DNA from: a virus
Taxonomy: Duplodnaviria > Caudoviricetes
DNA: 62,909 nt
IMG/VR virus record: IMGVR_UViG_3300025645_000072
Span: 1 to 62,909 of that record
Strand: one strand, 5' to 3'
The notes under the pieces are model-generated. The model was not told the origin of the DNA, made no database searches, and saw only the letters and a program-made list of their open reading frames with translations. Shown here in pieces: positions 31,470-41,398 of this stretch; the stretch's first letter is position 1; each line of letters starts with the position of its first letter. The position numbers and the translations under genes are program-made.

Positions 31470-31844
31470 TGAATGAATCTCAGCGTGACACCTGGAACAA
31501 ACAACAATACATTTTTCTATTTCTTTTTTAATAGTTTCAAGTCCTTTACCTTGAGCGATACCATTGCTGACTGAAAAACTTTTATCATTATTTTTATGGT
31601 GAAATTCTAATGCTCGGCTGCGAAAACTTTTGTTTGTTTTTTTTGAATATCCACAAACACTACAAGCAAGTTTCTCTTTGTATTCTCTTAGCCAAATTCT
31701 TTTGTTTCGCCTCCTTTGTTTTTTAACAACAAGAGTACATTTTTTACATTCAGTTCTAAAATATTTGCCGTCTTTATTAAATTCTGTTATTGCTTTAGAG
31801 ACTTTACACTGCTTGCATATTCTAACTTGTTCATTAGAACTCAT
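31461..31844 (-). CDS. HNH endonuclease with zinc-finger N-terminus
   Basis: CKQC/CKKC, CSVC, LEFHH, CIVVCSRCH motifs. Confidence 0.85.
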   Translation of the reverse strand: MSSNEQVRICKQCKVSKAITEFNKDGKYFRTECKKCTLVVKKQRRRNKRIWLREYKEKLACSVCGYSKKTNKSFRSRALEFHHKNNDKSFSVSNGIAQGKGLETIKKEIEKCIVVCSRCHAEIHSSK

Positions 31845-32022
31845 CCTCAGTTAGTTTTTGAGTGTCTCTTAGTAACGATATTAAGTTTTTTATATTTGCA
31901 TTTAAAGACTCAGTGTCTTCATCCATAAGAGATTCGTAAATTTCGTCAGTTAACTCATTAATATTTGACATCAACATATTGATGTAGTTTATAGCGTTCT
32001 GACTGTTTTTATTTACTGGCAT
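31834..32022 (-). CDS. Hypothetical protein
   Basis: ORF in the - strand operon. Confidence 0.55.
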   Translation of the reverse strand: MPVNKNSQNAINYINMLMSNINELTDEIYESLMDEDTESLNANIKNLISLLRDTQKLTEDEF

Positions 32023-32081
32023 TTTTTACAGGTTCTTTCAATCTACAAAAAAATACAGTTTTTTAAATAAAAAGTTATTAA

Positions 32082-32312
32082 CTAGTCAAGAGCAGTAATA
32101 AGGCTTTGTCCTACTTTTTTATCTATTTTAGAAATAGCTTTGTAAATTATTTTAGACTTTCTTTTTGTTTCTTCAACCTCTTTTTTTGTAGAATCTTTAC
32201 CTAAATTTGTATACATATAACAATCTATTCTGAAAAGCTCATCAATTTTTCTACTATTAGTCCAAGAACTGAACTCAATAATTTTTTCTAAATCTTTAAA
32301 TGTGTATTCCAT
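32082..32312 (-). CDS. Hypothetical protein
   Basis: ORF overlapping the upstream gene end. Confidence 0.6.
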   Translation of the reverse strand: MEYTFKDLEKIIEFSSWTNSRKIDELFRIDCYMYTNLGKDSTKKEVEETKRKSKIIYKAISKIDKKVGQSLITALD

Positions 32313-32739
32313 TTCTTTCTTTTTTTAATGTTAATAACTCTTTTTCTAAGCTATCTATTTTTTCTAATAACAATTGTTTTTCTGACTTTAAATTTAAAAC
32401 CCTATCACTCACACGATTAAATAAATTAGACACGTCTGGATCAGATTTTATTAAAAAATCAACATTTCTTAATCCGTGTAGTACTGTTGCGTGGTTTCTA
32501 TTGCCTGCTAATTTTCCTATTTTATCTAAACTTAAATAATGATAGTTTCTTAAAATGTGATAATATATTCTTCTAGCATCAACATAATTTCTTTTTCTAG
32601 TGTTTTTTAATATATTGTCTAAACCACTTTCTTCTTGTATTATGTTTTTTATATCATCAATATTTGTTTTTTTGTCTTTAGCTTCAGGAACAACATAGTG
32701 TCCTATAAAAAGATTATAGTCTAGTTTAGTATATTTCAT
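32296..32739 (-). CDS. DnaA C-terminal (domain IV)-like HTH DNA-binding protein
   Basis: RKRNYVDARRI...SLDKIGKLAGNRNHATVLHG matches the DnaA domain IV pattern. Confidence 0.8.
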   Translation of the reverse strand: MKYTKLDYNLFIGHYVVPEAKDKKTNIDDIKNIIQEESGLDNILKNTRKRNYVDARRIYYHILRNYHYLSLDKIGKLAGNRNHATVLHGLRNVDFLIKSDPDVSNLFNRVSDRVLNLKSEKQLLLEKIDSLEKELLTLKKERNGIHI

Positions 32740-32975
32740 CCTTTATATATTTCAGTTATTACTCCGTGTTTTTTTAACTCACTTAATCTATATTTTTGTA
32801 TTGCAGATAAAACCCCATTAGGTTTTTTTATTTCAGAAAACAAAACTTTACAGTCTGGTGGTATAGCTACAAGATCAGGTATACCATTTTTATTAGTTTT
32901 TATAAGCTTGATAACATAATATCCATCAGCTTCCAACTCTTTAATTCTTTTTGCCTGTATTTGTTGTTCTGTCAT
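32736..32975 (-). CDS. VRR-NUC domain nuclease
   Basis: MTEQQIQ...GIPDL...FSEIK...LSAIQ; start moved to the internal ATG at 32975. Confidence 0.8.
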   Translation of the reverse strand: MTEQQIQAKRIKELEADGYYVIKLIKTNKNGIPDLVAIPPDCKVLFSEIKKPNGVLSAIQKYRLSELKKHGVITEIYKG

Positions 32976-33159
32976 TTGTTTTTTGCTGATCATAATCATA
33001 CATAAATCCAATAGCTACGATTAAATTCATACTTAATGATGATATAATTTCTATGAAGTCGTGAAAATTATGTATTGATAAATGTATGTGTCCGACTACC
33101 CAAAATGGTATTGCTAAGTTCTGACTTATCCAAATAAATAAAAACTTTACAAACCTCAT
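32941..33159 (-). CDS. Small membrane protein
   Basis: Two hydrophobic segments. Confidence 0.5.
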   Translation of the reverse strand: MRFVKFLFIWISQNLAIPFWVVGHIHLSIHNFHDFIEIISSLSMNLIVAIGFMYDYDQQKTNDRTTNTGKKN

Positions 33160-33160
33160 A

Positions 33161-34393
33161 TTACAAACTTAACAAATCTCTTTTAAAATGTTTTAAAGTA
33201 TAATCCTTTTTTTTACTTACCGATTTATAAATATCTGGTTCGATTCCTCCTTTTGTAAAAACCCAAACCACTTTATTCTCTAGTCTATTTTTAGTTGTCA
33301 TTCTGTCTCTTGATTGCCAATAACTGGTGGCACTAAAATCTATATTGTAATATAAAAGTATGTCTGCTTTTCTCAAACTTATACCTTCTCTTCCTGACAC
33401 AATTTGCAAAGCTATAGATTTATTCGTGGTATTAAATGTTTCTAAATCAGTACATATATTTTTACCATATATTTTTTTTATAGCATTAAGCTCCTCTTTA
33501 AACTTATAAAATATTCCTATTTTTTGAGAACAGAAGTTGTCATAAATAAATTTAGCTTTAAAAGTATCTAACACCATAGACTTACCACTTTCAAACTTAA
33601 CAGTTCCACTATACATTTGGTGTAGTTTTTGCATTAGCTTTACTCCAGTGTCAGCAAGAATAACATCTTCCTTACCCTCAATAACTAAATCTTTTTTTAA
33701 TTTACTGCAAAGATTCATAATCATATCAGGAGCATTAACATAAATAATGTCTTCGTTTATCTTTGATTTAAAACCTGCTTCTCTTTGTGTATAAGAAATT
33801 GTGTATGGTTTCATTTGATCCAGGATGCTTTGTTTTCCTGTTGAGTAATCATTTACTATAAACCCACCTATTCTTTTTGTTTTAGGAACAACATAATCTT
33901 TAGCAAACTTATAAAAGTTTGTGTATTTACTAAATGGACTTTTTATTAATCCATAAACCTGATGGTACATTTGACTAAATGATTCTGGAGTAGGAGTTCC
34001 AGATAAAAATATAACATAAGGATCATTTTTTATTATTAACTCCTTTACTTGTTTTGCTCTTTTACTTGGTTTAGGGAACGCACCCATACTGTGTGACTCA
34101 TCACAAATTATTGCACTCCAACCACGTTGGTCTATCTTATGAAGGGATTCGTAGTTTATTACAAGCAGTTCGTAGTAAGGTTTTAGCATTTCAAAATCTT
34201 TGTAAATACTAGTAATTGCTTTTTTCTTTGTAATAAATAATACTTTATTTATATTTTTTATCTTATCCAGGATTCCTAATGAAGTAAGAGTTTTTCCTGT
34301 TCTAACCTCCATAGATAAGTATATAAATTTTTTTTCATTTATTATTTTTAATGCTTTATTTATAATATTAGATTGATACTTTCTAAATTCCAT
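33161..34393 (-). CDS. SF2 (SNF2-like) helicase
   Basis: MEVRTGKT Walker A, ICDESH, LSGTP, GREGISL and QSRDR motifs. Confidence 0.85.
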   Translation of the reverse strand: MEFRKYQSNIINKALKIINEKKFIYLSMEVRTGKTLTSLGILDKIKNINKVLFITKKKAITSIYKDFEMLKPYYELLVINYESLHKIDQRGWSAIICDESHSMGAFPKPSKRAKQVKELIIKNDPYVIFLSGTPTPESFSQMYHQVYGLIKSPFSKYTNFYKFAKDYVVPKTKRIGGFIVNDYSTGKQSILDQMKPYTISYTQREAGFKSKINEDIIYVNAPDMIMNLCSKLKKDLVIEGKEDVILADTGVKLMQKLHQMYSGTVKFESGKSMVLDTFKAKFIYDNFCSQKIGIFYKFKEELNAIKKIYGKNICTDLETFNTTNKSIALQIVSGREGISLRKADILLYYNIDFSATSYWQSRDRMTTKNRLENKVVWVFTKGGIEPDIYKSVSKKKDYTLKHFKRDLLSL

Positions 34394-34817
34394 AATTTAA
34401 AATTTTTACTGAGGCCCATTGTTTTGGCAATAAATAAACCTCCTTATTTATTTTTGGAGATTCAGTAAAATATGTTGTTGGAGGACAACTCATATCTTCT
34501 GTAGATAATACGTTTATGTCTATTTCGTTTAGCCAAAAAATATAAATTCCTGTTGGATCTTGTACTAAATAAAACTTATGCTCATATTTTAGAAACGAGC
34601 TTTGCATAAGCCTTTCATATTTTTTTTTCTCCAACATCATATCTTCATAATGTTTTGTTCTAAATTTCATTTCCATTATGCAACCGTTTCTTTTTTTGGT
34701 ATAACCTATGGCATCATAATGTTCATAGTCCATACCTGTATGTGATAATTCCCAACCAAATATTTCATTTAGAAAATTTATTATTGCAATTTCTTTTTTA
34801 TGAATTTCACTAATCAT
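34383..34817 (-). CDS. PD-(D/E)xK-like nuclease
   Basis: YDA...IMEMKFR...EKKKY pattern. Confidence 0.55.
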   Translation of the reverse strand: MISEIHKKEIAIINFLNEIFGWELSHTGMDYEHYDAIGYTKKRNGCIMEMKFRTKHYEDMMLEKKKYERLMQSSFLKYEHKFYLVQDPTGIYIFWLNEIDINVLSTEDMSCPPTTYFTESPKINKEVYLLPKQWASVKILNYGI

Positions 34818-35076
34818 TGAGTTGTTTTTTTATTTTTAATAATACGGCGCATCTTTCATATTCCTCTGTTTCCTCAAAATATGCTATTAAAATATCTATA
34901 GATGATCTTTTTACTTTTTTACTTATATCGTGAATAAAGAACTCTATGTCTGTAATTACTATGTCTTCAATTTTTATGTCATTTACAATAACATCGTAAG
35001 AATTTAACATAGCCCAGTGCAATTCCTCATCATCATACTCATCAAAAACACCCTCGAAAGGATCATATTTATCCAT
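34810..35076 (-). CDS. Hypothetical protein with UVR-like C-terminal motif
   Basis: YFEETEEYERCAVL.KI. Confidence 0.55.
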   Translation of the reverse strand: MDKYDPFEGVFDEYDDEELHWAMLNSYDVIVNDIKIEDIVITDIEFFIHDISKKVKRSSIDILIAYFEETEEYERCAVLLKIKKQLND

Positions 35077-35329
35077 AGTTTTCTCGCAGGTATTTGTAGA
35101 CTTCTGGCAATTTCTCCATTGCTTTTTTCTGTGATTTATATTCTATTTTACCTAAGTGTTCTTTACTATATAAAGTAATGTTTTTTTTTGAATCATAAAA
35201 TTTATCCTTTCCATTTGTTGATATTCCTCCTTTTCTAATTGCTATTTTATAGTGTATTATATCTATTGGTTTTATATAAACTTGCCAATCGTTATCAATA
35301 CACCATTTAAAATCAGAACTCCAACTCAT
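35069..35329 (-). CDS. Hypothetical protein
   Basis: ORF overlapping both neighbours. Confidence 0.6.
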   Translation of the reverse strand: MSWSSDFKWCIDNDWQVYIKPIDIIHYKIAIRKGGISTNGKDKFYDSKKNITLYSKEHLGKIEYKSQKKAMEKLPEVYKYLRENYG

Positions 35330-37739
35330 CTGTAGGTTTTACTTTTATATTTTTATCAGTATATATTATCATCCATTTTCCGTTCATATCTCTGTCTTCA
35401 ATTGGTTCTATACCTGTTATAAAAATAGCATAAGCTTTTAACCATTTATAAAACGCAGTCCTGGATATTGTCATTTTAGCTTTTGGAGCATAATCAGGAT
35501 TGTCTTGAATGAATTCTAAATATAATTCATTTTTGTAAATTTTTTGATCAAATTTCAAGGAATCGTGTTTTGCAATTCCATCAATCAACCCACACCATTC
35601 TATAAACTCGTGACAAGTTTCTGCTGATAGTTTTCTTATTGATAAGTTTTTAAACTCAGATTTTAATAATCCGTTTTTAAGATAGAACATTAAATTTTCT
35701 ACCATATAGTTATCAAATATACACCATTCTTCTTGAGACCATTCTGAGAATAAAAGTTTACCGAATTCCACTAATGGTGTAAAATCTTTTGTATAGAATT
35801 GTTTAAATTCTAACTCCCATTTTCTTCTCTCAAATGAATTACCCTTACCTTTTATTGCGTAGTTTGTTGTTATTGCAACCTTTGGAGATTTATTAAATGG
35901 TATTTTAATTGCATCTTTATTTTTCTTTTCAAGTGTTAATCCTTCCGTAACCACACTAAATAATCTTTCAAAGTCAAAATGTTTTTTCACATCATCAAAA
36001 CACAATACTTGTGTGTCAGCAGATACTAATTGATATGCAAATGATTTCTCAAAATTAAAAGCTTTACCATCAATTACAACTAATTTTTTCATTTGGTTTA
36101 TGGCATTCATAAACAAACCTTTACCCGTTCCACCTTCAGGATTCTCAGAGATAACCTCATCGTTTAAAATGACAGCAGGACAATATGAAAAATTCTTATA
36201 TGCGTGTAACAAATAACCTATAGTACTTTCCATAGATCTTACAGTTAGTTTATCGCCTCCTGCAATATTACTGATGAAAGTTTTGTAATCACATTCATAT
36301 GTATCACAAAGATCAAAGTCTCTATCTATAACCTGGTCTTTCCAAACGTAACCACCTAAATCTAAATAATCAATAGCAGTCTTGCTGTCTTTTTGAACTT
36401 TTACTGCACAGTTTCTGTAATATAAGTAGGCAGTATTTTTGTCATCTTCTATAAAATAAACATCTACTGTTCCAAGCAGAGATAAAAATTCTTCTCTAAA
36501 AAATCTTGTCTTGTCTGCAAAATAATTATATACAGACATATCATCTAATACCTCTAAATATCCCAAAACAAAATCTTTTATCTCTTCTTCGTTTGTGTGG
36601 TCTATTAAATTATTAGTTACTCTTACAAAAATAAAGTTTTTACTGCCTTCTGGAGCATACTTATAAAAACCATTATCCTCCAGGAATTGTCTAAAAAGAT
36701 AGTGTATTATATTTATTACACCTTTTTCGTTCTTAGTCCAAAATCTTTTATCAGTTTCATCTTCCTCGATTGTGTGAATCACAGAGTCAATAACCGCATC
36801 TTCAATATTTGATTCAGATAACTGAAGACGAATTTCTTTTTTTGATACTCCACGTTTGAGTTTCATTCTTACTTGATTTACCTTATCCTCATCTTCATAA
36901 TATTTAGATCCGAAGTTTTGAGTGTGTAAGTATGCAGAGTTTATTGTGGTCTTAATTTCAGAGGCTGAGAAGTCACTTGATTCAAAAGATGACATAATGT
37001 ATTCAGCTAATGATTTATTGACTCCATAGTCGTTAAAAGCGGCCGCAAGTACATAAACGTTATTGTTTCGTTCTCCACTTTTTAATCCATACTTTTTATC
37101 CCACCATTTCATAAGTATATCTACAATTTTATTTTCATCTGTGACAGGTATTGTAGGTCTTGCAGTGTATTTGTCTACAGGTTTATATTCTTGTTCCTCA
37201 ATTTTTTTCCAATACTGAGAGTTTTCATTTAAATAAAGAAGAGGGTCGTAAGACTCGTAACAAACTCGTGATATGTTTTTAGATGTTTTGTCAAAGTAAT
37301 CTGACTTAAAATATTTTTCTAGAGATAAAAAATATAGTTTATGATTTTCAGGTTCTTTAGGTATTTTCACTAATGCTTTTAAACCATTACCACTAGGTGA
37401 AACAAAAACAGAATATACATATCTATCTTTAGATAATCTTTCTTTTTCAGAAATCATATCTTTTTTTGTATTGTAACCATCAAAATCTAAGCATATAAAA
37501 CCACTATGCTCTAATATTGAATCATCTGCTCTTTTTTTAAATGTTCCTGAAAAGCAAATAGCAGGTAAGTTTTTTTTAAGCTCTTGTCTTACATTTTTAT
37601 CTTTTTCTTTTCTTATTTGCTTTATAAGTTCTTTAGATTTACCATCTTTTATCCTATCCAGGATAGAGTTCAATTCTCTATAAAAAGGAGTCGAGGTGTC
37701 CTTAATATTTCTAAATATTGTTATTTTACTTTCTTCCAT
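35313..37739 (-). CDS. Primase-helicase (VirE-N/BT4734-like prim-pol domain, PriCT, SF3-like helicase)
   Basis: KKNLPAICFSG..HSGFICLDFD..SPSGNGLK, GERNN, Walker A GGTGKG, Walker B CFDD. Confidence 0.85.
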   Translation of the reverse strand: MEESKITIFRNIKDTSTPFYRELNSILDRIKDGKSKELIKQIRKEKDKNVRQELKKNLPAICFSGTFKKRADDSILEHSGFICLDFDGYNTKKDMISEKERLSKDRYVYSVFVSPSGNGLKALVKIPKEPENHKLYFLSLEKYFKSDYFDKTSKNISRVCYESYDPLLYLNENSQYWKKIEEQEYKPVDKYTARPTIPVTDENKIVDILMKWWDKKYGLKSGERNNNVYVLAAAFNDYGVNKSLAEYIMSSFESSDFSASEIKTTINSAYLHTQNFGSKYYEDEDKVNQVRMKLKRGVSKKEIRLQLSESNIEDAVIDSVIHTIEEDETDKRFWTKNEKGVINIIHYLFRQFLEDNGFYKYAPEGSKNFIFVRVTNNLIDHTNEEEIKDFVLGYLEVLDDMSVYNYFADKTRFFREEFLSLLGTVDVYFIEDDKNTAYLYYRNCAVKVQKDSKTAIDYLDLGGYVWKDQVIDRDFDLCDTYECDYKTFISNIAGGDKLTVRSMESTIGYLLHAYKNFSYCPAVILNDEVISENPEGGTGKGLFMNAINQMKKLVVIDGKAFNFEKSFAYQLVSADTQVLCFDDVKKHFDFERLFSVVTEGLTLEKKNKDAIKIPFNKSPKVAITTNYAIKGKGNSFERRKWELEFKQFYTKDFTPLVEFGKLLFSEWSQEEWCIFDNYMVENLMFYLKNGLLKSEFKNLSIRKLSAETCHEFIEWCGLIDGIAKHDSLKFDQKIYKNELYLEFIQDNPDYAPKAKMTISRTAFYKWLKAYAIFITGIEPIEDRDMNGKWMIIYTDKNIKVKPTDELEF

Positions 37740-37838
37740 TATGTTGATTTTGTGATCCTATATATATATATATAGTTTTTTTAATTATATTTTTTTATTT
37801 GCCACATCTAAGGGAAAAAATTAACATTTCTAACATAG
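37740..37838 (-). promoter_or_regulatory. ATGTT-box/(TA)8 element, copy A (candidate origin or operator)
   Basis: Reverse complement aligns with 46781-46880. Confidence 0.5.
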
Positions 37839-37845
37839 ATAAGGC

Positions 37846-37871
37846 AAAAGAAAAGGGGAGTTGCCTCCCCT
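37846..37871 (-). terminator. Intrinsic terminator after SSB-like gene
   Basis: On the - strand AGGGGAG-GCAA-CTCCCCT followed by TTTCTTTT. Confidence 0.8.
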
Positions 37872-37893
37872 ATACTTAATAGTATACCTTAAA

Positions 37894-38157
37894 TTAAAAA
37901 GGTAAATCTGCAGTTTTCTCTTCCTTTGCAACAGGCTGATCCTCTTGTTTTTTAGGTACAAAAGTATCTAATTCAACATAAGGTTTCCCTGATTTTGCCG
38001 TAAGTACATTTAAATTTACCCAACCATTTTTATGATTAGCTTTTAAAAATGTAATAGCTTCTTCAACTTTTACGCTGATGTTACCGATTACGAACTCTGG
38101 TGCGTTTTCTCTTCTTTTGAAAAGAAATCCGTCTGCAAAAATTTTGTCTTGTGACAT
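37894..38157 (-). CDS. Putative single-stranded DNA-binding protein
   Basis: Small beta-rich protein ending DLPF, downstream of the recombinase and exonuclease. Confidence 0.6.
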   Translation of the reverse strand: MSQDKIFADGFLFKRRENAPEFVIGNISVKVEEAITFLKANHKNGWVNLNVLTAKSGKPYVELDTFVPKKQEDQPVAKEEKTADLPF

Positions 38158-38212
38158 AATATAAAGTATTAATTTTGAGTGCTTAGTAGGAGAAGCACAT
38201 CTGACTCCTTTT

Positions 38213-38950
38213 TTATAAATCCTGTATAGTTATATGTTGAGATATTTCCATCTCTGCATTTTCTGTAAAAAAGTTGTTGTAAATTTCAATAGCTTTTTGA
38301 ACTTTAGTTCTCCCACCAATTAAAAACTCTTCAGTAGGAGTAAAAATACCTAATCTTCCAGAAACCTTGCAAACTACATAGAAAATTACAGGCTTACCAA
38401 ATATCTGTTGATATATGTAGGCTTGACTATCGTAATTATAGTCACGAGAACTCCACTTAAATTTATCTATGTTTGATGTTGTTTTTATATCAATTAAAAT
38501 ATCAGGTGTTATAATATCTGCTTTGCCCTTCCATTTCAATCCAAAAAGTTCAGTAATTCCTGGTACTTCATATTTATTTAATGGATTAAATATATCAGAA
38601 TAAAACCTAAAGTTTGATTTCACTTTGTTTATTAAAAAATCCAAATGATCTTGCTCTTTTTTAAGTAATAGAATTTTACCTTCTTCAGCCGAAGCTTCTT
38701 TATATAATTTTGTAGACCTAGTTGATGAGTCTATAATATTAAACATTCCTACTTTTTCTGGCTCTAATATTGAAACGTGAAAATATCTACCTGCAACCAT
38801 TGGTACAGTTTCTTCTTTTCCTTTCCCGTATTTGTGTGGCTCTTTTAATAAAGTCCATATGTCAGAGTTTGACATATATTGTTTGCCAAACTCTCCATAA
38901 TATTCTTCATCGTTCTGTAATTTATCTAATATCTCTTTTTTAGTTAGCAT
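38213..38950 (-). CDS. Exonuclease VIII/RecE-like PD-(D/E)xK nuclease
   Basis: MSNSD, GRYFH, KGKAD..IDIKTT, YDSQAYIY motifs. Confidence 0.8.
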   Translation of the reverse strand: MLTKKEILDKLQNDEEYYGEFGKQYMSNSDIWTLLKEPHKYGKGKEETVPMVAGRYFHVSILEPEKVGMFNIIDSSTRSTKLYKEASAEEGKILLLKKEQDHLDFLINKVKSNFRFYSDIFNPLNKYEVPGITELFGLKWKGKADIITPDILIDIKTTSNIDKFKWSSRDYNYDSQAYIYQQIFGKPVIFYVVCKVSGRLGIFTPTEEFLIGGRTKVQKAIEIYNNFFTENAEMEISQHITIQDL

Positions 38951-39533
38951 AGTAAGAATTTAATTCTTTCTTATTAGATGCAGGTATCGTAAATCTATCT
39001 TCTAGATTTTTTATAAGTTGAGCAAAAGGAACTGTCTTGTTGCTTTTTATGTAAGAAACACAGTCTGCCCAATTTTTATGAGTCTTTTTTAAAGAAGGCT
39101 TTTCACTTTTCTTTACAGGTGGTTTTTCTTCAGAAACATCAACTAAGTCTTCTCCTGCCCATAATGATAAACCTAATCCGTGCATTCCTATAGCTTTTAC
39201 CATAGACCTTTGTATCGCCTTGTTTACATCAAAAGATGTTACACTTTCTACTTTTATAGACCTGTTCTGATGATTCATAATAGGCAAGTAATCAATATGT
39301 TCTACTCCTCCAATAGTTACACCAACTTTTACATAAGCAGTGTTTCCATCTGTAAAGTAGTTTAAACCTGTATGGTCTGATTCGTATACTTTTCTGTTTG
39401 CATCTGGGTACTTGTCTTTTATAATCGCCCAGGCATATGCCCAAGACAAATAATCAAATCTTCCCTTTTTTTCAATCTTATCCTTAACATTAATAGATGC
39501 TAATGCTTTGAATGTAGTCATAGTTTTTGTCAT
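38940..39533 (-). CDS. Sak-like (Rad52-type) single-strand annealing protein
   Basis: YLSWAYAW, YLPIMN, NKAIQRSMVKAIGMHGLGLSLWAGEDL. Confidence 0.85.
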   Translation of the reverse strand: MTKTMTTFKALASINVKDKIEKKGRFDYLSWAYAWAIIKDKYPDANRKVYESDHTGLNYFTDGNTAYVKVGVTIGGVEHIDYLPIMNHQNRSIKVESVTSFDVNKAIQRSMVKAIGMHGLGLSLWAGEDLVDVSEEKPPVKKSEKPSLKKTHKNWADCVSYIKSNKTVPFAQLIKNLEDRFTIPASNKKELNSYYAN

Positions 39534-39955
39534 AATTTCTCTTTTTTAATAATTTGTGTGTATTTTTTTATAATGTTATCTCTCTTTTGTTTTAGGTAAT
39601 CGTAATGTTTTTTATTATTTCTTTGATTTACCTCGTTCTGTATTTTTTTTGTAATAGTGTCAATTTGTTCTTTGTAAGTTCTTTTTAATATATGGAATAC
39701 ACCATTGATAAAACCTTTATCTAAAAAATAAATATAATCATCATAGTCTATCTCCTTATAATTTAAGCTACCTTTTTTTGTGTTGTATATTTTTATTCCA
39801 TCAGCAGAGTTAACGATCTTTATACCTTTAAATAGTATAGAGTCATTATGTTTGGTTTTTATTTTTATGCTTTTAGAATCTAAATCAGCTTCTTCCCAGA
39901 CCTTATATAAACTATCTAAAGGGTTTAACAACATTGCTCTGCTTTTTCTAAACAT
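39530..39955 (-). CDS. Hypothetical protein
   Basis: ORF in operon; exact start uncertain. Confidence 0.55.
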   Translation of the reverse strand: MFRKSRAMLLNPLDSLYKVWEEADLDSKSIKIKTKHNDSILFKGIKIVNSADGIKIYNTKKGSLNYKEIDYDDYIYFLDKGFINGVFHILKRTYKEQIDTITKKIQNEVNQRNNKKHYDYLKQKRDNIIKKYTQIIKKEKL

Positions 39956-40239
39956 TTTGAAATAAAAGATGTAACATCTCTATCTTTTTCAAAGTCAATA
40001 GTGTTTTGTACTATATGTACACCTTGTCTAACATTTTCGTAAGTTGTGCTATAACCCTTGTTGTCCATAAGTGAAACAATTTGATTTATTGTCATTGGTC
40101 TTTGGTAACATAAATTATAAAGCATCTGTCTCGCTTTTGCTAACTCTCTTTTTCTTGATGAAGAAAACAATTCGTTTTCACTTAAATCTAATCCATCACA
40201 GATGAGTTTAACATACATATTAAATATTCCTTTTTTCAT
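39925..40239 (-). CDS. Second DnaA C-terminal-like HTH protein
   Basis: LFSSSRKRELAKARQMLYNL pattern. Confidence 0.6.
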   Translation of the reverse strand: MKKGIFNMYVKLICDGLDLSENELFSSSRKRELAKARQMLYNLCYQRPMTINQIVSLMDNKGYSTTYENVRQGVHIVQNTIDFEKDRDVTSFISKCLEKAEQCC

Positions 40240-40391
40240 TATTTTTTTTTGTGTTTATAATTATATTGATATTGTGTTCCCAACATTGTAAAGTATTCCT
40301 TCCAAATAAACTCTGTTGGTGTAGGTAGCAAAGGTCTATTGTCCTGCTCTTCCTCTCTGATTTCGATAAATTTTTCGCTTGATTTTCCCAT
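40239..40391 (-). CDS. Small hypothetical protein (50 aa, MGKSSEKFIEIREE...)
   Basis: Read manually; stop overlaps the next ATG. Confidence 0.45.
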   Translation of the reverse strand: MGKSSEKFIEIREEEQDNRPLLPTPTEFIWKEYFTMLGTQYQYNYKHKKK

Positions 40392-40424
40392 TTGATTATA
40401 ATTAATTTGTGTTTGTAAAAGTAA

Positions 40425-40571
40425 TTAATTTAAAGTTAATATACAAGTAATTACTATTATAATTATCATTACAATAGATATAAACATAACCTTGTATGAC
40501 TCTTCCATTTTTTTAGGACTTCGCCCTTGATTGCTTCTGTACTGCCTAATTTTTTTCTTTATTTTTTTCAT
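40425..40571 (-). CDS. Small membrane protein (48 aa, RQYRSNQGRSP + TM helix)
   Basis: Read manually; basic N-terminus and hydrophobic C-terminus. Confidence 0.5.
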   Translation of the reverse strand: MKKIKKKIRQYRSNQGRSPKKMEESYKVMFISIVMIIIIVITCILTLN

Positions 40572-40667
40572 ATTTAAATTGATCTAATTTTTGTTGTAAT
40601 TTTCTAATTAAATTAAAGTTTGGTTTTAATTTTAATTTTTCAAATAAAATCTGTTTTATTATTTTTT

Positions 40668-41039
40668 TCATTCTACTAAACTTATTATTACGTTAGTCCA
40701 TTTCCCACCCTTTTTAGATTTGTTTACTAAAAAGTCTATTCTACTGATCCACCTCTTATTCATTCGATCTTCTATTGTCCAGATTCCATTCATTTCTTCT
40801 GCGTTTTCTACAAGAATCTTTTCACCCATCTTAAAACCTAATTGCTCTAAGTCCCTACTTACTGCCACCCACCTATGCCCCTGTGGGTTATCTTCGTTTA
40901 TTTTCTTTCCACTAGCAGTAGTTAAATAATCTGCATTACATTGTTCTGGAGTTGCGTGGTATATTGTAGCCGTTACTAAAAAACCTTGTTCTTCAAAATC
41001 GTATAAAAAAAGTGCCATAATTAATAATATTGTTTTCAT
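40668..41039 (-). CDS. 3D-domain (MltA-like) cell-wall-associated protein
   Basis: VTATIY, TASG, WVAVSRD, IEDRM, RIDF; N-terminal hydrophobic signal. Confidence 0.8.
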   Translation of the reverse strand: MKTILLIMALFLYDFEEQGFLVTATIYHATPEQCNADYLTTASGKKINEDNPQGHRWVAVSRDLEQLGFKMGEKILVENAEEMNGIWTIEDRMNKRWISRIDFLVNKSKKGGKWTNVIISLVE

Positions 41040-41398
41040 ATTTCTGCTTCAAAAGTTAATATTTCTTCATCGGGGTTATTGTCAAACCAATTTTTGATTT
41101 TCATTCCCATCTCATAATCTGCGTATTCGCTTATGTCTTTTTTAGTTACACCATATTCCTTTAAAGTGTCATCATTATAAGCTCTTACTATTTCAAACAT
41201 TGCTTCTACTTTGTCTATTTGACTTGTAGATTTAATGTGTGCTAATTCTTCCACAATTTCTTTGTAGCTCTCCCTATCGACTTCGTATTGAATAAGGTAT
41301 GGCTCAATTTCTATTGCTCCAAATCTTTCCCCTGCATTACTTGATTGTACTGCAAACCAAAATTTACCTTCTATGTCTCCGTTGTAATATCTTCCCAT
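41036..41398 (-). CDS. Conserved phage hypothetical protein (MGRYYNGDIEGKFWF)
   Basis: ORF coupled to the downstream gene. Confidence 0.65.
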   Translation of the reverse strand: MGRYYNGDIEGKFWFAVQSSNAGERFGAIEIEPYLIQYEVDRESYKEIVEELAHIKSTSQIDKVEAMFEIVRAYNDDTLKEYGVTKKDISEYADYEMGMKIKNWFDNNPDEEILTFEAEI

